Assembly (NCBI GenBank): GCA_963836075.1
Contig: CAWIIB010000001.1
Coordinates: forward strand, 2,048,001-2,112,000
Source: an uncultured Acidobacteriota bacterium
GTDB lineage: Bacteria > Acidobacteriota > JAQAZP01
Reading direction: 5' to 3'
Length of the DNA stretch: 64,000 bases
The first letter of the stretch is position 1. Every line of letters begins with the position of its first letter. Made by a program: the position numbers and the translations under genes. Below, in pieces: positions 40,728 through 51,502 of this stretch. Under the pieces are notes generated by a model. That model did no database searches and had not been told where the DNA came from. It saw only the letters and a list, made by a program, of their open reading frames with translations.

Positions 40728-41567
40728 ATGTACAGAAAACTCGGAATCGGATTTTGGTCTGCTCTGGCGGTACTCCTCGTGCTGATGCCCGCCTCCACAC
40801 TGACCGCTGCCGAACCGGGCCTGGAGACCGATTGCACCGTCCTTCTGGGCTATGCCGAAAATGGCGGCCCCCATGGCGGTGTGACCCTCATCGTCCCGGG
40901 GACCCTGATCCCGGCACTGGAGGGTGGCCAGTGGCCCAGCGACATCAGTTCGCTGGAAGAACAGCTGAAGAGCGCCTACCGGCTGAAGAAAATGCGCGTA
41001 GCCTCCCAGTTCTCCAAGCTGATGGAAGTGGACCTGCCGGGGAAATTGCCGCCGGCCGACGGTATCGAGACCACGCTGACCCTGGTTGGTCACAACGACA
41101 CGGTGGCCACCTACCAGGCGGAAATGACACTGGACGGCCAATCCCTGGCTTCGGCCAGCCTCTCGGTTTCCCTGGGCGGCCGGGCGGTGATGGGCAGCCG
41201 GCTGGCCAATGCCGCCGCCGAGGATCCCTATGTCTTCCTGGTGGTGGAGACGAAGTCGGGGGCCCGAGGCATGGCCGACAACAAGAAGACTGACGGCAGC
41301 ACCCTTCCCCGAGCCATCGAGAAGGTCAACCCCAGGTATCCGGAAGAGGCCCGCAAGCAGCAACTCTCCGGCGAGGTGGTGGTGCAGACCCTGGTGAAGG
41401 TTGACGGGTCCTGCCAGGTGATCGAAGTGCTGGAGAGCCCGGGCCAGATTCTCAGCGACGCGGCCACCGAGGCGTTGGAGCAGTGGAAGTTCGAACCGGG
41501 TCTGGACCCCCAGGGCAGGCAGGTGAATATGAAGCTTACCCTGACCATAAAGTTCGCCCTCAAATAG
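40728..41567 (+). CDS. Exported protein with C-terminal TonB_C domain
   Basis: Cleavable-looking signal, ~170-aa unknown domain, 'NPRYPEEARKQQLSGEV...WKFEPG...IKFALK'. Confidence 0.85.
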   Translation: MYRKLGIGFWSALAVLLVLMPASTLTAAEPGLETDCTVLLGYAENGGPHGGVTLIVPGTLIPALEGGQWPSDISSLEEQLKSAYRLKKMRVASQFSKLMEVDLPGKLPPADGIETTLTLVGHNDTVATYQAEMTLDGQSLASASLSVSLGGRAVMGSRLANAAAEDPYVFLVVETKSGARGMADNKKTDGSTLPRAIEKVNPRYPEEARKQQLSGEVVVQTLVKVDGSCQVIEVLESPGQILSDAATEALEQWKFEPGLDPQGRQVNMKLTLTIKFALK

Positions 41568-41621
41568 TCGGAAATTTCAGTAGTGTCCGCGGGTGCACCG
41601 CGGATCAGCCGATCCACGGCC

Positions 41622-41657
41622 ATGCGCCGCCGGAGAATTTCCGGCGGCGCATTTTTT
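41622..41657 (+). terminator. Intrinsic terminator of the ECF-TonB operon
   Basis: Perfect 13-bp stem ATGCGCCGCCGGA/TCCGGCGGCGCAT followed by a T tract. Confidence 0.88.
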
Positions 41658-41721
41658 CTGCATGAGGGCGCCCCCGCTTTCCTTTTATGGAATTATTACC
41701 TGAAAAACAATAAACAAACTG

Positions 41722-41750
41722 TTGATTACGGTGGGCATCACAAATATAAT
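41722..41750 (+). promoter_or_regulatory. Sigma70 promoter of the intact S8 protease gene
   Basis: TTGATT-N17-TATAAT with an AT-rich upstream region. Confidence 0.7.
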
Positions 41751-41918
41751 GTAACTTGATCAGTTGAAGATCATCTTACTGTTGTGCGCCGACTCAGCGC
41801 TGGCCATCGGCGGAGGAGTCGGCAAGTTTTATAAACATTCGATTGCCCCGCGTGCCAGGCCACTGTTCAGCCCCGCTGGAAGCATGAGCTCGCACCCGTA
41901 AAGTCAATCCGGGAGTCA

Positions 41919-44894
41919 ATGACCATGATCGTCAAATCCGTCCTCTGCACTCTTCTCCTCTTCGGAGCCCTTCTCTCCCCCACCCTGCCGGCAATGGCCG
42001 GGTCAGAAAAAGAATCCGATGCCTCCATGGCTCCGGTGCGGCTGAAATACGCCACATTCACCCCCGGGGTGGACGAGCCCCGGCCGCCCGCCGGGCTGCA
42101 GGCGGCCAGCGGCGACACGGTGCGGCTGATCCGGGTCTCCGGCCCCCTCAGCTCCGGGCAGATCGAGGCCCTGGAGCAGGCCGGCGCCCAGCTGCTGAGC
42201 TACATTCCGGAGTTCACCTACCTGGCCCGGGTGCCCGGTGAGCATCTTGAGGCCGTCCGCGCCCTGCCCACGGTCACCTGGACCGGCCCGTTCCACGCGG
42301 CCTACAAAATCGATGCGGAATTGCTGAAGACAGACGAGGCCGAAGTCGACGTGAACGTGGTCTACTTCGCCGAGGTGGCAGGCGCCGCGGGCAGCAGCGG
42401 CCTGAAGACCGCCGCCACAGCATTGGGGGCCCGGGTCACGGCCCACGAGGACGGGTATCCCATGGTTCGCCTGCGCATCGCCCCCTCGGCGCTGCCGGCC
42501 CTGGCCGTGCGATCCGAAGTACGCTGGATCGACCGCTGGTCGCCGCCGGTGGCCCAGATGGACCAGATTCGCGACATCCTCGGAGTGACACTTCCCTCGG
42601 TGGACGGTTTCAACGGCGAAGGCATCGTCGGTGAAGTGAAGGACAACGGCATCGACCAGGGGCACCCCGATTTCGGCAACCTGGTCGGCACCTACGGCGG
42701 CCCGGTCACCGATGCCCACGGCACATGCACCTTCGGCATAGTTTTCGGCGACGGCGCCGAGAGCACCAATGCCACCGGCATGATGCCCGGGGCCGGCGGG
42801 GTATTCTGCGATTGGTACGTCGGCCGGGCCTCCTCGGTTGCCAACCTCAAAAACAGCTGGGGCGGGGTCTTCCAGTCCAACAGCTGGAGCCAGGGGTACT
42901 CCGACAGTGACTATGACAGTACCTCCCGGGAAAACGACCAGGCCACGGTGGACAACGACGTGCTGATGTTCTACTCGGCATCCAACAGCAACTACGGCGT
43001 CGGCTCGGAGACCTGTTCCACCGATTCGGTGGGTAAAAACGTGGTCTGCGTGGGCGCCGTTTTTCACCAGAACACTGAAACCCTCAGCGACGACCAGTGG
43101 GAAAACCACGGCTCCGGGTCGACACCGGGCCAGGGCCCGGCCCGGGACGGCCGGATCAAGCCCGACATCATCGCCTTCTTCGACTGGATCTACACCACCG
43201 ACGTCCGCGGCTCCAGCGGGTACTCCAGCGGCAACTATTACAGTGACTTCGGCGGCACCAGCGGCTCCTGCCCCATCGTGGCCGGCGCCGCCGGCCTGGC
43301 CTACCAGATGTATGAGGAAAACCATTTCGGCAACAACCCCTCGGGGGCCACGCCCAAACCGTCGACCATCAAGGCCCTGCTCATCGCCAATGCCTACCAG
43401 TACCCGCTGGACCGGGCCAACCGCTATCGCCAGGGCTGGGGCCTGTCGGACGTGGGCCGGATCCACGAGGCGGCCCACAACCAGCTGATCGTCGACGCCG
43501 ACGTGCCGCTGTCCACCGGGCAGAGCTGGAGCGCCGAAGTGAGCCGGTGGAGCGGTGCCGAACCGCTGAAAATTTCACTGGTCTGGAGCGACGAACCGGG
43601 CGAGACCTCATCCAGCAAGGCCCTGATCAACGATCTGGACCTCAAGGTCACCGCTCCCGACGGCACCATCTACCGCGGCAACAACGGGCTGGTGGACAAT
43701 CTCTGGTCCCTGGAGGCTGGATCCTGGGACCGCTTGAACAACGTGGAGAACGTCTTTATCCAGTCGCCGGAGGACGGCACCTGGACCATCGAGGTGATCG
43801 CCGACAACGTGGCCATGGACAACGACGATGCGGCCGGCGTGAACCAGGCCTTCTCCCTGGTGGCCACCATGGTGGGCAACGGCGGCACTCCCACCACCGC
43901 CACCATCGTTGCCGGTCCGGGAGCCGGACCGGACAACCCGCCGCTGGTCCGCACATTTGACGCCGCCACCAGCGATATGATCAACCAGTGGGACGCCTAC
44001 GGCGCCGTCGGCTACGGGGTCAACGTGGCCGTGGGAAACCTGGGCAGCGGCGCTGTGGTGATCACCGGCGCCGGACCGGGGGCGATCTATGGTCCGCACG
44101 TGCGGGCCTTCTCCGGTGACGGCACTCCGGTGTCCGGGGTCAACTTCCTCGCCTACGGAACCAGCAAGTTCGGGGCCAACGTGGCGGCCGGCGACATCGA
44201 CCGCGACGGCAATGACGAGATCATCACCGGCGCCGGACCGGGGGCCGTCTTCGGGCCCCACGTGCGCGCCTGGAATGTGGACGGCGGCGCGGCCGCAGCT
44301 ATCAGCGGTATCAGCTACTTTGCCTACGGGACGCTCAAGTGGGGCGTCAACGTGGCCTGCGGCGACCTGGACGGCGACGGCTATGACGAGATCGTCACCG
44401 GCGCCGGTCCGGGGTCCGTGTTCGGACCCCACGTGCGCGGGTGGAACGTGGACGGCGGCTCCACCGCCGCACCCATGGCCGGGGTCAGCTACTTCGCATA
44501 CAGCACCCTGCAATATGGCGTCAATGTGGTCTGCGGCGACCTCGACGGTGACGGGATGGACGAAATCGTCACCGGCGCCGGCCCCGGGGCCATCTTCAGC
44601 CCCCACGTGCGCGGCTGGAACATCGACGGCAGTGCGGCCGCACCCATGCCCGGGATCAGTTTCTTCGCCTACGAGTCCGGCCTCTACGGCGTGGCGGTGG
44701 GCGCGGCCGACGTGGACGGCGACGGCAGGGAAGAGATCCTGACCATGCCGGGCTCCGATCCTGCCCGGGGAACCCGCATCCGGGCCTGGAACGTGGATAG
44801 CGGCACGGTGACCATGGTGCCCGGCATCGATTTCGCGGCTTACAGCGATATGGGCCTGACCTATGGTGGGAAAATCGCCGGCGGCGCCATTTGA
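41919..44894 (+). CDS. Secreted S8 (KP-43-like) serine protease with C-terminal propeller module (intact, 991 aa)
   Basis: Signal peptide, prodomain, 'EVKDNGID', 'AHGTCTFG', 'SASN', 'FGGTSGSCP', jelly-roll domain, C-terminal repeats. Confidence 0.95.
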   Translation: MTMIVKSVLCTLLLFGALLSPTLPAMAGSEKESDASMAPVRLKYATFTPGVDEPRPPAGLQAASGDTVRLIRVSGPLSSGQIEALEQAGAQLLSYIPEFTYLARVPGEHLEAVRALPTVTWTGPFHAAYKIDAELLKTDEAEVDVNVVYFAEVAGAAGSSGLKTAATALGARVTAHEDGYPMVRLRIAPSALPALAVRSEVRWIDRWSPPVAQMDQIRDILGVTLPSVDGFNGEGIVGEVKDNGIDQGHPDFGNLVGTYGGPVTDAHGTCTFGIVFGDGAESTNATGMMPGAGGVFCDWYVGRASSVANLKNSWGGVFQSNSWSQGYSDSDYDSTSRENDQATVDNDVLMFYSASNSNYGVGSETCSTDSVGKNVVCVGAVFHQNTETLSDDQWENHGSGSTPGQGPARDGRIKPDIIAFFDWIYTTDVRGSSGYSSGNYYSDFGGTSGSCPIVAGAAGLAYQMYEENHFGNNPSGATPKPSTIKALLIANAYQYPLDRANRYRQGWGLSDVGRIHEAAHNQLIVDADVPLSTGQSWSAEVSRWSGAEPLKISLVWSDEPGETSSSKALINDLDLKVTAPDGTIYRGNNGLVDNLWSLEAGSWDRLNNVENVFIQSPEDGTWTIEVIADNVAMDNDDAAGVNQAFSLVATMVGNGGTPTTATIVAGPGAGPDNPPLVRTFDAATSDMINQWDAYGAVGYGVNVAVGNLGSGAVVITGAGPGAIYGPHVRAFSGDGTPVSGVNFLAYGTSKFGANVAAGDIDRDGNDEIITGAGPGAVFGPHVRAWNVDGGAAAAISGISYFAYGTLKWGVNVACGDLDGDGYDEIVTGAGPGSVFGPHVRGWNVDGGSTAAPMAGVSYFAYSTLQYGVNVVCGDLDGDGMDEIVTGAGPGAIFSPHVRGWNIDGSAAAPMPGISFFAYESGLYGVAVGAADVDGDGREEILTMPGSDPARGTRIRAWNVDSGTVTMVPGIDFAAYSDMGLTYGGKIAGGAI
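43902..44891 (+). repeat. C-terminal propeller module, copy 5
   Basis: 5 full + 1 split repeat (first Ca loop degenerate), ends GGKIAGGAI*. Confidence 0.9.
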
Positions 44895-44969
44895 CCGTTT
44901 GAAGAAGGACAAATCACACCATTTTGGTAAAAATGTATGGCTGTGACCAAAATAATTGGTCGAAATGGT

Positions 44970-45034
44970 GGGATACAGTGTTAAGCTAATCTTTTCGATC
45001 CGGTACTGTGCGGCAACCACTGTGCCGGGATTTT
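44970..45034 (+). promoter_or_regulatory. Putative extended -10 promoter plus leader hairpin/T-tract, S8 duplicate A
   Basis: GGGATACAGTGTTAAGCT (TGnTAAGCT), then a GCAA-looped hairpin at 44999-45030 and TTTT; conserved at 48309-48376. Confidence 0.5.
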
Positions 45035-45134
45035 GATGATTGTTGTCTTCCGAACACGGAATTACCATCCGGGTAACATATCTGCTACGGCCGGTGACCG
45101 GACCGCGTCCCGGCAGCCACCCAGGGAGAGGATC

Positions 45135-48100
45135 ATGCCTTTGACATCCAATGGCCTTCGTCTGTTAACCGCGATCATCGTCTGTGCGCTACTGGTGCCC
45201 ACCGGCACCGTTGCCGCAGCTGATCTTTCCGCTTCGAGCAGCTCCCTGGAGAGCAGCCGGGTCCGCCTCGACTTCGGCGTATTCCGCCCCGGCGAGAGCG
45301 AGCTCGATATCCCTTCGGCCTACCAGGCCACCGCGGCCCATGAGCTGCGCATCATCCAGACCGACGGTCCGATGACCACGGCCAAAATGCGCAGCCTCGA
45401 GATGGCCGGCGTGCAGATCCTCGGCTACATCCCCGACTACAACTACCTCGCCCGCCTCAGCGAAGGGCAGAAGAGCGCCGTGCTCTCCGTGCCCGCGGTG
45501 ACCTGGATCGGCGACTTCCACCCGGCGTTCAAGATGCAGCAGGAACTGCTCACCCAGTCCACGGGCACGGTCAAGGTAGTGCTGGGCTATTTCGACCAGC
45601 TGTTCCCGGGCGGCGACCCGGCTTCGCTGAAACAGGCCATCTGGGGCCTGGGCGGAGAAATCATCAAGGACCTGCCCTCGGACACCATGATGCACGTGGA
45701 GCTGCCCGCTTCCTCCCTGCCCGCCCTGGCCGGGATCACCGAGGTGAGCGCCATCGAGAAGTGGTACCCGCTCAAGCAGCACATGGACCACATCAAGTCG
45801 CAAACCGGTGCGCTGGTGAGCCACCTGGCTGACTGGGACGGTTCGGGGATCATCGGCGAGGTCAAGGACGCCGGTGTCGACCAGGAGCACATCGACTTCG
45901 GCAACATGATCGGCACCTATGGCGGCCCCATCGTCGACCCGCACGGCACCTGCTGCTTCGGCATCGTCTTCTCCGACGGCCACAACTACGAGACCACCGG
46001 CAACTCTTCCAGCGCCATCGCCATCGGCATGATGCGCAACGGCGAAGGCGTATTCGCCGACTGGCAGACCTCCATCGGCAATTCGCTCTTCGACCTGGCC
46101 AACAACTGGGGCGAGGTGGGTGGCCGGTTCCAGACCAACAGCTGGGGCACCGACGACAACGGCAGCTACTCCCAGGTACTCGATGAACAACGACAAGCAC
46201 TCCAACACCTACGACATCCTGGTCCTGCAGTCGGGCGGCAACGATGGCCTGGAGCCCGGCAGAGTCGGCAGCCACTCGGCGGCGAAGAACGTGATCTGCG
46301 CCGGCGCCCTGCGCTGCGGCGACAACGACGATCGCGCCGGCGACGCCTGGAGGATGGGCGGTTCGGGTAACACCCCCTGCCAGGGCCCCACCGATGACGG
46401 CCGGGTCAAGCCCGACCTGGTGGCCAACTTCGACTGGATTTTCTGCACCGACATCATGGGAGCCGCCGGCTATTCCGTAGGCCCCTATACCCGGGACTTC
46501 GGCGGCACCAGCGGCTCCTGCCCGATCATCGCCGGCGCGGCCGGCCTGACCTACCAGATGTGCGAAGAGAACCATTTCGGCAACAACCCCGGCGGGGACA
46601 AGCCACTGAACTCCACGGTGAAGGGCCTGCTCATCGCCAACGCCTACCAGTATGACTTCGATGACGCCACCCGCTACCAGCAGGGCTGGGGCTACGTCGA
46701 CGTGGCCCGGGTGAGCGCCACGGGGCCCTACACCTTCGTGCAGGACGGCGGGATCAACCTGGAGACCGGCGAAAACTGGTCCACCACGGTCACCCGCTAC
46801 AGCGGCGCCGAACCGCTGAAAATCACCCTCTGCTACGCCGACTACCAGGGCGTTGCCGGGGCCAACCCCTCCCTGGTCAACGACCTGGATCTCAAGGTCA
46901 CCGCCCCTGACTCCACGGTCTACTGGGGCAACAACGGCCTGATTGAAAACCTCTACTCCACCGCCGGCGGCAGCGGCGACCGGCTGAACAACGTGGAGAA
47001 CGTGTTCATCCAGTCACCCATGGCCGGCACCTGGACCATCGAGGTCATCGCCCACAACATCGCCATCGACCGGATTGAGGAGACCGCCGAAGTGGACCAG
47101 CACTTCTCGCTGATCGCCACCATGGTGGCCGGCGACCCGATCACCTCCATCGTCACCGGCCCCGGCCCCCGGGCCAGCAACCGCCCGCTGGTCCGCACCT
47201 GGGACGCCGCCACCGGCCTCTGCCGTTACGAGTGGCGGGCCTACGGCGCTGACGAATACGGCGTCAACGTGGCCTGCGGCGACATCAACAACGACGGCAT
47301 CGACGAGATCATCACCGGCGCCGGTCCGGGCGCCGTGTTCGGCCCCCACGTCCGCGCCTTCAACTCCATGGGCACCCCGATTGCCGGGGTGAACTACTTC
47401 GCCTACGGCACCAACAAATACGGCGTCAACGTGGCCTGCGGCGACATTGACAACGACGGCGTCGACGAGATCATCACCGGCGCCGGTCCGGGCGCCGTGT
47501 TCGGCCCCCACGTCCGCGGCTGGAACGTGGACGGCGGCACGCCCACCTCGATCAGCGGCGTCAACTACTTCGCCTACGGAACGCCCAAGTGGGGCGTCAA
47601 CGTGGCCTGCGGCGACCTGGACGGTGACGGATACGACGAAATCGTCTCCGGCGCCGGACCGGGCTCGGTCTACGGCCCCCACGTCCGCGGCTGGAACTTC
47701 GACGGCTCCGGCAGCGCCGCCCCCATCCAGGGGGTGAGCTTCTTTGCCTACGGCACCCTGAAGTTCGGGGTCAACGTGGCCTGCGGCGACATCGACGGTG
47801 ACGGGATGGACGAGATCATCACCGGCGCCGGCCCCGGCGAAATCTTCGGTCCCCACGTCCGGGCCTGGAACGTGGACGGCGGCGCGGCCACCTCGGTCAG
47901 CGGGGTCAACTTCTTTGCCTATGACGGTACGCTCTTCGGCGCCTTTGTGGCCGCCCTCGACGTGGACGGCGACGGCATGGACGAGATCCTCACCATGCCG
48001 GGACCCCAGCCGGGAACCGAGGCCATGGTCCGCGGCTGGAACGTGGACGGCGGCGCGGCAACGATGATCCCGGAACTGGACTACAATGCCTACCGCGACG

Positions 48101-48150
48101 AGCGCTACGAGTTCACCTACGGCGGCAAGATCGCCGGTGGAACGTTCTAG
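45135..48150 (+). CDS. Secreted S8 protease with C-terminal propeller module, tandem duplicate A; +1 frameshift at 46175-46179
   Basis: 'EVKDAGVD', 'PHGTCCFG', 'FGGTSGSCP'; removing one G from CAGGTAC gives YSQYSMNND, aligning with YDSTSREND of the intact paralog. Confidence 0.9.
47146..48147 (+). repeat. C-terminal propeller module, copy 6
   Basis: 5 full + 1 split repeat, ends GGKIAGGTF*. Confidence 0.9.
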
Positions 48151-48169
48151 GCGATAACAGCGTCAACCA

Positions 48170-48219
48170 GCGCCCGGGAGTCCTCCGCTTCGGCAGGGAC
48201 TTCCGGGCGTTTCTTTTTT
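48170..48219 (+). terminator. Intrinsic terminator after S8 duplicate A
   Basis: GCGCCCGGGAGTCC...GGACTTCCGGGCGT followed by TTCTTTTTT. Confidence 0.85.
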
Positions 48220-48308
48220 CAGTGCCATTTGACCGCTCAGAAAAGGACAATTTTCACCGTTCGGGTAAGAAAAATACAGCTCATGCAAAAAAAATGGTCT
48301 GAACTGGC

Positions 48309-48376
48309 GGGATACAGTGTTAAACTGATATTTGTGCGGCCCGGTATCGTGCGGCAACCGCGATGCCGGGTTTTTT
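48309..48376 (+). promoter_or_regulatory. Putative extended -10 promoter plus leader hairpin/T6 tract, S8 duplicate B
   Basis: TGtTAAACT, then CCCGGTATCGTG-CG-GCAA-C-CGCGATGCCGGG-TTTTTT. Confidence 0.55.
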
Positions 48377-48473
48377 ATGATTGTTGCCATTCGACCACGG
48401 AATTGCCATCCGGGATTTTTCTGCTACGGCCGGGAATCGGACAGCGACCCGGCAGCCACCCAGGGAGAGGATC

Positions 48474-51400
48474 ATGCCTTTGACATCCAATGGCCTTCGT
48501 CTGTTAACCGCGATCATCGTCTGCGCGCTACTGGTGCCCACCGGCACCGTTGCCGCAGCTGATCTTTCCGCTTCGAGCAGCTCCCTGGAGAGCAGCCGGG
48601 TCCGCCTCGACTTCGGCGTATTCCGCCCCGGCGAGAGCGAGCTCGATATCCCTTCGGCCTACCAGGCCACCGCGGCCCATGAGCTGCGCATCATCCAGAC
48701 CGACGGTCCGATGACCACGGCCAAAATGCGCAGCCTCGAGATGGCCGGCGTGCAGATCCTCGGCTACATCCCCGACTACAACTACCTCGCCCGCCTCAGC
48801 GAAGGGCAGAAGAGCGCCGTGCTCTCCGTGCCCGCGGTGACCTGGATCGGCGACTTCCACCCGGCGTTCAAGATGCAGCAGGAACTGCTCACCCAGTCCA
48901 CGGGCACGGTCAAGGTAGTGCTGGGCTACTTCGACCAGTTGTTCCCGGGCGGCGACCCGGCTTCGCTGAAGCAGACCATCTGGGGCCTGGGCGGCGAGAT
49001 CTTCAAGGACATGCCCTCGGACACCATGATGCACGTGGAGCTGCCCGCATCGGCCCTCCCCGCCCTTGCCGGAGTCACCGAAGTGAGCTCTGTCGAAAAG
49101 TGGTTCCCGCTCAAGCAGAACATGGACCACATCAAGTCGCTGACCGGCGGACTGGTGAGCCACCTGGCCGAGTGGGACGGTGAAGGTATCGTCGGCGAGG
49201 TCAAGGACGCCGGTGTCGACCAGGATCACATCGACTTCGGCAACATGATCGGCACCTATGGCGGCCCCATCGTGGACCCCCACGGCACCTGCTGCTTCGG
49301 CATCGTCTTCGCCGACGGCCACAACTACGAGACCACCGGCAACTCTTCCAGCGCCATCGCCATCGGCATGATGCGCAACGGCAGCGGCGTATTCGCCGAC
49401 TGGCAGACCTCCATCGGCAACTCGCTCTTCGACCTTTTCAACAACTGGGGCGGCCGGTTCCAGACCAACAGCTGGAGCACCGACGACAACGGCAGTTACT
49501 CCCAGCTACTCGATGAACAACGACAAGCACTCCAACACCTACAACATCCTGGTCCTCCAGTCGGCAGGCAACGACGGCCAGTTGGGGCCTGGTTCCATCA
49601 GCAGCCACTCGGCGGCGAAGAACGTGATCTGCGCCGGCGCCCTGCGTTGCGGCGACAACGACAACCGCGACGGAGACGGCTGGTGGATGGGCGGGGCCGG
49701 CTCCACGCCCGGACAGGGACCCGCCGACGACGGCCGGGTCAAGCCCGACCTGACGGCCAACTTCGACTGGATTTTCTGCACCGACATCATGGGAACCGCC
49801 GGCTATTCCGCGGGCCCGTACTACCGCGACTTCGGCGGCACCAGCGGCTCCTGCCCGATCATTGCCGGTGCGGCCGGCCTGGTTTACCAGATGTGCGAGG
49901 AAAACCATTTCGGCAACAACCCCGGCGGTGAGATGCCGCTGAATTCCACGGTGAAGGGACTGCTCATCGCCAACGCCTACCAGTATTCCCTCGACGACGC
50001 CACCCGCTACCAGCAGGGCTGGGGCTACGTCGACGTGGGCCGGGTGAGCGCCACGGGGCCCTACACCTTTGTGCAGGACGGCGGGATCAACCTGGAGACC
50101 GGCGAAAACTGGTCCACCACGGTCACCCGCTACAGCGGCCTCGAGCCGCTGAAGATCACCCTCTGCTACGCCGACTACCAGGGCGTTGCCGGGGCCAACC
50201 CTGCCCTGGTCAACGACCTGGACCTCAAGGTCACCGCACCTGACTCCACGGTCTACTGGGGCAACAACGGCCTGATGGACAACCTCTACTCCACCGCCGG
50301 CGGCAGCGGAGACCGGATCAACAACGTGGAGAACGTGTTCATCCAGTCGCCCATGGCCGGCACCTGGACCATCGAGGTCATCGCCCACAACATCGCCATC
50401 GACCGGATTGAGGAGACCGCCGAAGTGGACCAGCACTTCTCGCTGATCGCCACCATGGTGGCCGGCGACCCGATCACCTCCATCGTCACCGGCCCCGGCC
50501 CCCGGGCCAACAACCGCCCGCTGGTCCGCACCTGGGACGCCGCCACCGGCCTCTGCCGTTACGAGTGGCGGGCCTACGGCGCTGACGAATACGGCGTCAA
50601 CGTGGCCTGCGGCGACATCAACAACGACGGCATCGACGAGATCATCACCGGCGCCGGTCCGGGCGCCGTGTTCGGCCCCCACGTCCGCGCCTTCAACTCC
50701 ATGGGCACCCCGATTGCCGGGGTGAACTACTTCGCCTACGGCACCAACAAATACGGCGTCAACGTGGCCTGCGGCGACATTGACAACGACGGCGTCGACG
50801 AGATCATCACCGGCGCCGGTCCGGGCGCCGTGTTCGGCCCCCACGTCCGCGGCTGGAACGTGGACGGCGGCACGCCCACCTCGATCAGCGGCGTCAACTA
50901 CTTCGCCTACGGAACGCCCAAGTGGGGCGTCAACGTGGCCTGCGGCGACCTGGACGGTGACGGATACGACGAAATCGTCTCCGGCGCCGGACCGGGCTCG
51001 GTCTACGGCCCCCACGTCCGCGGCTGGAACTTCGACGGCTCCGGCAGCGCCGCCCCCATCCAGGGGGTGAGCTTCTTTGCCTACGGCACCCTGAAGTTCG
51101 GGGTCAACGTGGCCTGCGGCGACATCGACGGTGACGGGATGGACGAGATCATCACCGGCGCCGGCCCCGGCGAAATCTTCGGTCCCCACGTCCGGGCCTG
51201 GAACGTGGACGGCGGCGCGGCCACCTCGGTCAGCGGGGTCAACTTCTTTGCCTATGACGGTACGCTCTTCGGCGCCTTTGTGGCCGCCCTCGACGTGGAC
51301 GGCGACGGCATGGACGAGATCCTCACCATGCCGGGACCCCAGCCGGGAACCGAGGCCATGGTCCGCGGCTGGAACGTGGACGGCGGCGCGGCAACGATGA

Positions 51401-51483
51401 TCCCGGAACTGGACTACAATGCCTACCGCGACGAGCGCTACGAGTTCACCTACGGCGGCAAGATCGCCGGTGGAACGTTCTAG
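48474..51483 (+). CDS. Secreted S8 protease with C-terminal propeller module, tandem duplicate B; +1 frameshift at 49505-49509
   Basis: Same motifs as duplicate A; removing the C from CAGCTAC restores YSQYSMNND. Confidence 0.9.
50479..51480 (+). repeat. C-terminal propeller module, copy 7
   Basis: Differs from copy 6 by one visible codon (S/N). Confidence 0.9.
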
Positions 51484-51502
51484 GCGATAACAGCGTCAAC
51501 CA

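Noticed and set aside
45035-45134. c-di-GMP-I riboswitch in the S8 leaders
   Set aside because: Only superficial similarity; the GGCAAAC...GAAA...GGACGCAAAG core is absent
46175-49509. Programmed ribosomal frameshift conserved in both S8 duplicates
   Set aside because: No slippery heptamer, the extra base differs between copies, the paralog at 41919 is continuous here, and the same GTAC context breaks unrelated genes
3213-51480. Regularly spaced ~170-bp repeats resembling a CRISPR array or non-coding repeat family
   Set aside because: They are in-frame coding repeats with synonymous variation, no unique spacers and no cas genes
45135-51483. Diversity-generating retroelement (TR/VR pair)
   Set aside because: Both copies are full genes, differences are not adenine-specific and include indels, and no reverse transcriptase is present in the window
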